The position numbers and the translations under genes are program-made. Positions 25,243 to 35,000 of a DNA stretch of 64,000 nt are shown here, one piece after another. The notes beneath the pieces were generated by a model. The model was not told the origin of the DNA. It worked only from the letters and a program-made list of their open reading frames with translations, and did no database searches. This stretch comes from Eledone cirrhosa. Taxonomy: Eukaryota. Where the stretch lies: the NCBI GenBank assembly GCA_964016885.1, contig OZ024745.1, positions 186,001 through 250,000 on the forward strand, in the 5' to 3' direction. Each line of letters begins with the position of its first letter. The first letter of the stretch is position 1.

Positions 25243-25584
25243 TTAAAGGTAATATTGACTTTAGCAGGATTTGAACTCAATGTAAAGAGCCAGAATAACT
25301 GTAACAATTTGACTAATTTACCAGAGATATAAATAAGTGTGATACTGTGTGAAAAGATGGCTAAGATACCAAAATAGATATGAATAACATTTTACCTTTG
25401 TTATTTAATCATTGTTAATTATACAACTATACAAGGTAGATAAAAACAAATTAGAAGTAGTCTTATCTTTAAAGCTCAGAACACATACACAGTCACATAC
25501 ACACAGTCACACACAGACAAAGTCACATACACACATACACAATCACACACACACAGAGTAAAGAAGATAGAATTCTGCTACCAT

Positions 25585-26081
25585 CGGGGAAATGGCTGGG
25601 TTCAGTAAGCAGAAAAAAGAGTATGTAGGAAATGAATACAGTATACACAATGGATGTACAAGAGATGTAGTGGGATCATGTGTAGACTGATAAAGAAAGT
25701 AGACTTTATATGGGACACATGCACAGGAGTAATCAACAGTAAGGGTACTCATGAAATAAACCCCAATCAAATGTTCTGAGGGTTCACAAGAAGTAGTAAA
25801 TAGATTTTGTTATCTAAGTTACCTCATTAGCAATGAGGGTGGATGTACTGAAAATATTGTAGTCAGAACGAGAACAAGGTAGAAGTTCAGGAAACTTAAC
25901 TCAACTGGAAACAAAGGGTTTCTCTCTCAGAGTGAAGGGGGGATTATAGGATGTTTGTGTTGAAACATGTTACAGGGCAGTAAGATATGAACCTCAACTG
26001 CAGAAGATCTATGATGGTTGGAAATAAATGAAGCATACATACTCTGCCGGATGTGCAATGTTAGTGTACATGAATGATGAA
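25585..26081 (+). mobile_element. Old, heavily decayed RTE copy E, left part (interrupted by copy B)
   Basis: CCATCGGGGAAATGGCTGGGTTCAGTAAGCAGAAAA...GAAGTAGTAAATAGATTTTGTTATCTAAG...GGATGTGCAATGTTAGTGTACATGAA aligns to 29486-30000 with many stops. Confidence 0.85.
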
Positions 26082-26313
26082 TCTACAAGTATAATTTGTT
26101 AAACTTGCTAAGTTTTACGCAAATCTTCGAGTACCTATTTAAACTTTTAACCTCTGCTCCATCCCATATTCTACCCCCTACCCATTCATCATGCTGGTTC
26201 CTGCCCCCCCCCCTCCCTCTCTATACATATAAGATAAAACCCTACCAAAATTAATCAAAATCGCCAACTCGCTATTTCTGGGATGGCTGTTCCCTTCGGT
26301 ATAAAGTAACGTT

Positions 26314-26908
26314 CAAATTTTTCTCGATTCTTCTCTCCATTCGAACCCATTCATTCAATCACTTCTATGTCCTAATTTCACACTATATCATATTTTCACC
26401 ATTCTATATCATATCTTTTCTCTAAAAATCATATTTCCCCTATCACCGCATTTTCTTAAACAAAACAAATCTTGTATTTTCGTTTATTGTTAAATTATGC
26501 CCAATTTTTTCTCGATTCTTCTCTCCATTCGAACCCATTCATTCAATCACTTCTATGTCCTAATTTCACACTATATCATATTTTCACCATTCTATATCAT
26601 ATCTTTTCTCTAAAAATCATATTTCCCCTATCACCGCATTTTCTCTACCGGATTTTCTTAAACAAAACAAATCTTGTATTTTCGTTTATTGTTAAATTAT
26701 GCCCAAATTTTTCTCGATTCTTCTCTCCATTCGAACCCATTCATTCAATCACTTCTATGTCCTAATTTCACACTATATCATATTTTCACCATTCTATATC
26801 ATATCTTTTCTCTAAAAATCATATTTCCCCTATCACCGCATTTTCTCTATCGTAATTTCTTAAACAAAACAAATCTTGTATTTTCGTTTATTGTTAAATC
26901 ATGCCCAA
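26314..26908 (+). repeat. Tandem triplication (188/202-bp units) in the 5' UTR of RTE copy B
   Basis: TTTTTCTCGATTCTTCTCTCCATTCGAACCC-containing units start at ~26314, ~26502 and ~26704 and are nearly identical. Confidence 0.95.
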
Positions 26909-26954
26909 AATACGGCGATCTTATCTTAAACCTTACATTCTCGCTAACAACCCA

Positions 26955-27015
26955 TCATCCCTCCCTCCCGCCCCCACGCACCACCATTATTACGTGGACC
27001 AATCATAAGTCAGAG
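26955..27015 (+). promoter_or_regulatory. Candidate internal Pol II promoter of the RTE (GC box plus CCAAT box)
   Basis: CCTCCCGCCCCC followed by TTACGTGGACCAATCA. Conserved in copy C (39658-39760), where the CCAAT module is duplicated. Confidence 0.45.
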
Positions 27016-27267
27016 GCCCATACTATCGCTTAACTGGTTGCTTTTCGATATGATGGATGGACTACGGAATTCTGGAGAGTTGAAGAGAGAAAAATGTGGA
27101 CGCTCAGCGACAATGCCAAAGATAAAGCCAAATTCACCTCGTGGACGAGAATGCAAGCACTCCTCCTTGTTTCGGCCCAGGATGGCTAACATAACCCCAT
27201 CCCCCCCCCCCCCGCGCCCCACCGCTCCCACCCTCCAAACGCAATCCAAAACTTCAGAGTTGGTACC

Positions 27268-30200
27268 ATGAATGTAGGCACCTTAAAGGGTCGCTCTAAC
27301 GAGGTTGTAGAAATGCTTGAACGTAAGGAGGTCGATGTTTGTTGTATTCAAGAGACCAGGTGGAGGGGAGGGTCGGCTAGATTCATCGTGGGTAAAGAGC
27401 GATGCTATAAGCTTTTCTGGGTGGGAAATGACAATGGGTTGGGTGGGGTAGGAATCATGGTAGCAGAAAAGTGGGCAGATAAGATAATAGACGTAAATAG
27501 AGTGAACGACAGAATAATTAAAATAAGACTTGTCCTCAATAAAACTACGGTGACAGTAATATCTGCGTACGCACCCCAATCCGGACTGCCCCGCGCTATA
27601 AAAGACAGATTCTACGAGACACTGATGCTCGCTACCTCCCAAATAACCGACAGTGACTATATAGTTATTGCAGGCGACCTAAATGGTCACGTTGGACAAC
27701 ATTGTGACGGCTATGACGGAATCCATGGAGGCTATAGGTTCGGTACTAGAAATGAGGAAGGCTCCAGAATCCTGGAATTCTGCGACGCAAATAACTTAAC
27801 TATCTGTAACACTAACTTCAAAAAACGAGACAATCACTTGATCACCTATAGATCGGGGGAACACACAAGCCAGGTAGATTATATCCTTACCAGAAGACGT
27901 GACAGAGTGTCTGTTGTTAACACTAAATCCCACCCCCATGAAGAATTCACCTCCCAACATAGACTGATAATTAGCGACCTCATAGTCAGGACGAGACGTA
28001 CTAGACAGCGGAAGAGGACTATCCTCAGGAGAAAAATATGGAAGCTAAAGGACCCCATAGCCAGAAATAAATTTCAAAGCAAATTACTTGACGCTTTCGA
28101 CAGTAAGGAAGAGCAATTAGAGTCGTATAATATAGAGGAACAGTGGGAATTCCTGAGAGCAAACCTGCTGACGGCGGCAGACGAAGTCTGTGGCTGGAGC
28201 AGGCCTGTAGGTAGGAGGAGAGTAACATGGTGGTGGAACAGTAAGGTGGAGGAGTCAATTAAGGCCAAAAAGCAGGCTTGGAAAGTATGGCGGGATGGGG
28301 GAAGTAGAGAAGACTATCAAGTGGCCAGGAGGGAAGCTAGGAGACAAGTGTACTTCGCAAGAAGGGAAGCAGAGGAAAGAAAGTTCAAGCATGTTCTACA
28401 ACGTGAGGACCAAAAACGTGAGGTGTTCAGGATTGCCAGGCAATGTGTCAAGGAAAACCGTGATATTGTCGGGGAGAAGTGTGTACTTAACGATGATGGC
28501 ATACTTGCCATCACCGACGCTGATAAGAAGGTAGCTTGGAAGTGTCACTACGAAAGGCTTCTAAATGAGGAGAACAAATGGGAGAAAGACAGTCTCCCCC
28601 AGATCGATCCAATAGAGGGACCAGCAGTGTTAGTTGAAGGTAGTATAATAAGTAAGGCAATCAAAGATATGAAGACGGGTAAGGCGGCTGGGCCTTCGGA
28701 AATAGTTGCTGAGATGCTGAAGGCATCTGGTTCGGTGGGACACACCATGGTCACCCGGATAGTTAACCAAGTCGTACAGAATGGGGTTGTTCCGAAGGAA
28801 TGGCGTAGCAGCATCATCGTTAACTGCTATAAGGGAAAAGGAGATGCCCTAGATAGGAGTAACTATAGAGGCATTAAATTAATCGACCAGGTCATGAAGG
28901 TCACGGAAAAAGTAATAGCGCAACTAATCAGAGAGAGAATTGATCTAGATGAAATGCAGTTCGGGTTTGTGTCAGGCAAAAGTACCACAGACGCTCTTTT
29001 CATTGTACGACAACTACAGGAGAAGTACCTAGCTAAAAGTAAACCCCTATACTTAGCTTTTGTCGACTTGGAGAAAGCCTTCGACAGAGTCCCCCGTTCC
29101 ATTATCTGGTGGTCTCTTAGAAAACTAGGTGTTGACGAATGGCTTGTGAGAGCTATACAAGCCATGTATAAAGAAACAGTCAGTAAGGTTAGAATTAACA
29201 ACGAATATAGTGAAGAGTTTAGCGTAAAAGTTGGTGTCCATCAGGGCTCTGTACTTAGCCCCCTACTATTTATTATTGCCCTTCAGGCTATAACAGAGGA
29301 GTTCAAGACCGGCTGCCCATGGGAACTCCTATACGCAGATGATCTAACGCTCATAGCTGAATCAATGACCGAACTAGAGAAGAAATTCCAAACGTGGAAG
29401 CACGGCCTAGAATCAAAAGGCCTTAAAATTAACCTGGCTAAGACTAAAGTTCTAGTTTGTAGGAAAGAAAATAAGGCGGCGGTCCCATCGGGGAAATGGC
29501 CATGCTCAGTGTGTAGGAAAGGCGTAGGTAGAAACTCCATTTTATGTCCCAAATGCAAAGTATGGGTGCATAAAAGATGTAGTGGGATCACAGGTAAGCT
29601 AACTAAGAACATAGATTTTACATGTGGCCGGTGCTCTGGTGCAATAAGTAGCAGCAAGTGCCCACAAAATACTAGCTCCTTCAACTGCGCAGAGGGTTCT
29701 ATAGAAATAGTGGACAGCTTCCGTTATCTGGGTGACAAAATCAGCAGTGGGGGAGGGTGCTCTGAAAGTACAGTAGCTAGAGTCAGAACTGGATGGAAAA
29801 AGTTCAGAGAGCTTATACCACTATTAGCCGCTAGAGGGTTCTCCCTAAAAATGAAAGGCAGGTTATACGATGCCTGCATACGAACAGCAATGCTGCATGG
29901 CAGTGAGACCTGGGCATTGTGTGCAGAGGATATACGCAGACTAGAGAGGAACGAAGCTTGCATGCTCCGCTGGATGTGCAATAGTAATATACGTGAACGG
30001 CAAAGCATAAACGAACTAAGGAAAAAATTAGAAATAAGAGGGATCAGATGTTGTTTACTCGAGAGAAGGCTACGTTGGTACGGTCACGTGATGCGCATGA
30101 AAGACGACAGCTGTATAACAAAGTGCAGGGCAATAAAGATAGACGGTAGCCACGGAGTAGGCAGACCCAGAAAAACATGGGACGAGCTGATAAATTCCGA

Positions 30201-30288
30201 CCTCACACGCTTACACCTCTCCAAGACAATGTCACTGGACCGAGACCTTTGGCGGTACTCAGTAATAGAGAAGACCCGCCTTACCTAA
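27268..30288 (+). CDS. RTE ORF: AP endonuclease plus reverse transcriptase with an internal PHD-like finger, 1006 aa uninterrupted (true start probably ~27050, upstream of a poly-C frameshift)
   Basis: APE motifs NVGTL, CIQETR, SAYAPQ, AGDLNGHVG, QVDYIL and SQHRL. RT motifs NYRGIKL, QFGF, FVDLEKAFD, GVHQGSVLSPLLF, YADD and FRYLG. RTE C-terminus RLRWYGHVMRM and GRPRKTW. Confidence 0.97.
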   Translation: MNVGTLKGRSNEVVEMLERKEVDVCCIQETRWRGGSARFIVGKERCYKLFWVGNDNGLGGVGIMVAEKWADKIIDVNRVNDRIIKIRLVLNKTTVTVISAYAPQSGLPRAIKDRFYETLMLATSQITDSDYIVIAGDLNGHVGQHCDGYDGIHGGYRFGTRNEEGSRILEFCDANNLTICNTNFKKRDNHLITYRSGEHTSQVDYILTRRRDRVSVVNTKSHPHEEFTSQHRLIISDLIVRTRRTRQRKRTILRRKIWKLKDPIARNKFQSKLLDAFDSKEEQLESYNIEEQWEFLRANLLTAADEVCGWSRPVGRRRVTWWWNSKVEESIKAKKQAWKVWRDGGSREDYQVARREARRQVYFARREAEERKFKHVLQREDQKREVFRIARQCVKENRDIVGEKCVLNDDGILAITDADKKVAWKCHYERLLNEENKWEKDSLPQIDPIEGPAVLVEGSIISKAIKDMKTGKAAGPSEIVAEMLKASGSVGHTMVTRIVNQVVQNGVVPKEWRSSIIVNCYKGKGDALDRSNYRGIKLIDQVMKVTEKVIAQLIRERIDLDEMQFGFVSGKSTTDALFIVRQLQEKYLAKSKPLYLAFVDLEKAFDRVPRSIIWWSLRKLGVDEWLVRAIQAMYKETVSKVRINNEYSEEFSVKVGVHQGSVLSPLLFIIALQAITEEFKTGCPWELLYADDLTLIAESMTELEKKFQTWKHGLESKGLKINLAKTKVLVCRKENKAAVPSGKWPCSVCRKGVGRNSILCPKCKVWVHKRCSGITGKLTKNIDFTCGRCSGAISSSKCPQNTSSFNCAEGSIEIVDSFRYLGDKISSGGGCSESTVARVRTGWKKFRELIPLLAARGFSLKMKGRLYDACIRTAMLHGSETWALCAEDIRRLERNEACMLRWMCNSNIRERQSINELRKKLEIRGIRCCLLERRLRWYGHVMRMKDDSCITKCRAIKIDGSHGVGRPRKTWDELINSDLTRLHLSKTMSLDRDLWRYSVIEKTRLT

Positions 30289-30800
30289 ATACAAAGTAAA
30301 AACCTACTACAGTCAGTAGGCACCTCTATCAAAACACACCCCCGTCCCACCACCTCCACCCCACCCACACCGCCCCTTTCAATGTAAAGTTATGTTGGTC
30401 CCACAACATCCAGGCCGAAACAAATGAGATCGTGTAGGTGTCACGACAAAAAACACACAGTCCACGCTGTAAATGTGGCCGTGTAGGCAACACGGTAAAA
30501 ACCTCCCAGCCCCACACTGTAAATGTGGTTGGTGTTAGGAAGGGCATCCAGCTGTAGAAAACCCGCCAGACAGTCCACGCTGTAATGTGGCCGTGTAGGC
30601 AACACGGTAAAAACCTCCCAGCCCCACACTGTAAATGTGGTTGGTGTTAGGAAGGGCATCCAACTGTAGAAAACCCGCCAGACAGTCCTATGCGAGCAAG
30701 ACAACCACTCTTGCCTCAAGTGGGAAAACCCCCGTCCAAACCCATGCAAGCGTGGAACACGGACGCTAAACCTGATGATGATGATGATGATGATGATGAA

Positions 30801-30968
30801 GCCAAGAGAAAAGCTGTGTGTACAAGGAATTGGATGTAGAGTGTTAGAGAGTCACTTGTGCTGGTAATGTGTAAGGTAAGTTAGAATTGTGTAAACAAGT
30901 GGCAAGTGGTTGGAATAGATGGAACCTGTGATAGTGGAGGAGCAGTGTAAGACATGGGGAAAGTGATG
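30801..30968 (+). mobile_element. Old RTE copy E, right part
   Basis: Translates as REKLCVQGIGCRVLESHLCW..NCVNKWQVVGIDGTC..KTWG, continuing the ORF from where 26081 stops. Confidence 0.8.
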
Positions 30969-31219
30969 GATTATGTAAGACAGGTGTAATATTCACCTCC
31001 AAAGCAAAAATACTTTAGCACCTCGTTTCCGTAGAATTTGAAGTTGGTGAAAATCAAAATTGGCAAAACAGTGAACTCGAATATAAGTCGATCCTCACCC
31101 CCATCTGCCATGTTTTCCAGCCTATATACAAGTATATATGGAAATTAGTTACTTACAATGATTCTAGCTTATTCTGTCTGAACTAATGTGTGTGTACACA
31201 CACACACTATACAACTAAT

Positions 31220-31997
31220 CATCATCATCATCATCGTTTAATGTCCATCTTCCACGCTAGCATGGGTTTAGATGCAAATTGTCCCACGTGAGGCAAGATT
31301 GGTTGTCTTGCTCGCATAGGACTGTCTGGTGGGTTTTCTACGGCTGGATGCTCTTCCTAACACCAACCACGTTTACAGTGTGGACTGGCAGGTTTTTACC
31401 GTGTTACCTACATGGCCACATTACAGCGTGGACTGTGTGTTTTTTTTACGTGACACCTACACGACCTCATTTATTTAGGACTGGATATTGTGGTACCAAC
31501 ATAACTTTACAGAGAAAGGGGTGGTGTAGATGGGGTAGCGGTAGGGGGATGGGGGTATATTTTTGGTTCATTTATGCTTTGCCGTTCATGTATATAACTA
31601 TTACAGATCCAACGGAGCATGCAAGCTTCGTTCCTCTCCAGTCTGCGTATATCCTCTGCACACAATGCCTAAGTCTCACTGCCATGTAACATTGCTGTTC
31701 GTATGCAGGCATCATACAGCCTGCCTTTCATTTTTAGAGAGAAACCTTTAGTGGCCAATAGTGGTATAAGCTCTCTGAACTTTTTCCATCCAGTTCTGAT
31801 TCTGGCTACTGTACTTTCAGAGCACCCTCCATCACTGCTGATTTTGTCACCCAGCTAACAGAAGGTGTCCACTATTTCTATAGAACCATCTGGGCAATAG
31901 AAGGAGTTAGTATCCTGTGGCCACTTGCTACTACTTATTACATCTGAGCACCGGCCACATGTAAAATCTATATTCTTGGTTAGTTTACCTGTGATCC
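31220..31997 (-). mobile_element. 5'-truncated RTE copy D, reverse, with ~300-bp internal deletion; TSD CAACTAAT
   Basis: (ATC)n at 31218-31235, reverse 3' UTR to ~31565, then a jump to reverse ORF sequence equivalent to ~29585-30020. CAACTAAT at 31212-31219 and 31998-32005. Confidence 0.93.
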
Positions 31998-32003
31998 CAA
32001 CTA

Positions 32004-32019
<16 letters not shown>

Positions 32020-32035
<16 letters not shown>

Positions 32036-35000
32036 TATACAGATAATGTATATATACACTATACAGATAATGTATATACACACTATACATATAATATATA
32101 TATACACTATACAGATAATGTATATACACTATACAGATAATGTATATATACACTATACAGATAATGTATATACACTATACAGATAATGTATATATACACT
32201 ATACAGATAATGTATATACACTATACAGATAATGTATATACACTATACAGATAATGTATATACACTATACAGATAATGTATATATACACTATACAGATAA
32301 TGTATATACACTATACAGATAATGTATATACACTATACAGATAATGTATATACACTATACAGATAATGTATATACACTATACAGATAATGTATATACACA
32401 CTATACAGATAATGTATATATACACTATACAGATAATGTATATATACACTATACAGATAATGTATATATACACTATACAGATAATGTATATACACTATAC
32501 AGATGATGTATATATACACTATACAGATAATGTATATATACACTATACAGATAATGTATATACACTATACAGATAATGTATATATACACTATACAGATAT
32601 TGTATATACACACTATACAGATAATGTATATATACACTATACAGATAATGTATATATACACTATACAGATAATGTATATATACACTATACATATAATATA
32701 TATATACACTATACAGATAATGTATATACACACTATACAGATAATGTATATACACACTATACAGATAATGTATATATACACTATACAGATAATGTATATA
32801 CACACTATACAGATAATGTATATATACACTATACAGATATTGTATATACACACTATACAGATAATGTATATATACACTATACAGATAATGTATATATACA
32901 CTATACAGATAATGTATATATACACTATACATATAATATATATATACACTATACAGATAATGTATATACACACTATACAGATAATGTATATACACACTAT
33001 ACAGATAATGTATATACACTATACAGATAATGTATATACACTATACAGATAATGTATATATACACTATACAGATAATGTATATACACACTATACAGATAA
33101 TGTATATATACACTATACAGATAATGTATATACACTATACAGATAATGTATATACACTATACAGATAATGTATATATACACTATACAGATAATGTATATA
33201 CACACTATACAGATAATGTATATACACACTATACAGATAATGTATATATACACTATACAGATAATGTATACACACTATACAGATAATGTATATACACTAT
33301 ACAGATGATGTATATATACACTATACAGATAATGTATATACACACTATACAGATAATGTATATATACACTATACAGATAATGTATATACACACTATACAG
33401 ATAATGTATATACACTATACAGATAATGTATATACACTATACAGATAATGTATATACACACTATACAGATAATGTATATACACACTATACAGATAATGTA
33501 TATATACACTATACAGATAATGTATATATACACTATACAGATAATGTATATACACACTATACAGATAATGTATATATACACTATACAGATAATGTATATA
33601 TACACTATACAGATAATGTATATATACACTATACAGATAATGTATATATACACTATACAGATAATGTATATATACACTATACAGATAATGTATATATACA
33701 CTATACAGATAATGTATATATACACTATACAGATAATGTATATACACACTATACAGATAATGTATATACACACTATACAGATAATGTATATATACACTAT
33801 ACAGATAATGTATATATACACTATACAGATAATGTATATATACACTATACAGATAATGTATATACACACTATACAGATAATGTATATACACACTATACAG
33901 ATAATGTATATATACACTATACAGATAATGTATATACACTATACAGATAATGTATATATACACTATACAGATAATGTATATACACTATACAGATAATGTA
34001 TATATACACTATACAGATAATGTATATATACACTATACAGATAATGTATATACACACTATACAGATAATGTATATACACACTATACAGATAATGTATATA
34101 TACACTATACAGATAATGTATATATACACTATACAGATAATGTATATACACTATACAGATGATGTATATATACACTATACAGATAATGTATATATACACT
34201 ATACAGATAATGTATATACACTATACAGATAATGTATATACACTATACAGATAATGTATATATACACTATACAGATAATGTATATATACACTATACAGAT
34301 AATGTATATACACACTATACAGATAATGTATATACACACTATACAGATAATGTATATATACACTATACAGATAATGTATATATACACTATACAGATAATG
34401 TATATACACTATACAGATAATGTATATACACTATACAGATAATGTATATATACACTATACAGATAATGTATATATACACTATACAGATAATGTATATACA
34501 CACTATACAAATAATGTATATACACTATACAGATAATGTATATATACACTATACAGATAATGTATATACACTATACAGATAATGTATATATACACTATAC
34601 AGATAATGTATATACACTATACAGATAATGTATATACACTATACAGATAATGTATATACACTATACAGATAATGTATATACACACTATACAGATAATGTA
34701 TATATACACTATACAGATAATGTATATATACACTATACAGATAATGTATATATACACTATACAGATAATGTATATACACACTATACAGATAATGTATATA
34801 TACACTATACAGATAATGTATATACACTATACAGATAATGTATATACACTATACAGATAATGTATATATACACTATACAGATAATGTATATACACACTAT
34901 ACAGATAATGTATATATACACTATACAGATAATGTATACACACTATACAGATAATGTATCTACACTATACAGATGATGTATATATACACTATACAGATAA

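Larger units (their letters stand above)
26082..30792 (+). mobile_element. Full-length RTE-clade LINE copy B (~4.7 kb) with 8-bp TSD ATGATGAA
   Basis: ~1-kb 5' region, single APE+RT ORF, 3' UTR and (GAT)n tail. ATGATGAA at 26074-26081 and 30793-30800. The flanks rejoin into the old RTE copy E. Confidence 0.95.

Noticed and set aside
26472-27033. Two similar 97/119-aa ORFs as an RTE ORF1
   Set aside because: They arise from the pyrimidine-rich 202-bp UTR repeat, start at non-ATG codons and are absent from copy C.
27110-27200. HDV-like ribozyme in the RTE 5' region (ACCTCGTGG, GGATGGCTAA)
   Set aside because: RTE elements can carry such ribozymes, but I could not build consistent P1/P2 pairings in both copies B and C, and the segment lies in the probable coding extension. 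An RNArobo or Infernal search would settle it.
27283-30008. Antisense and alternate-frame ORFs over the RTE ORFs (also 641-1347 and 39704-42978)
   Set aside because: They are shadows of the LINE coding sequence and recur only because the element is repeated.
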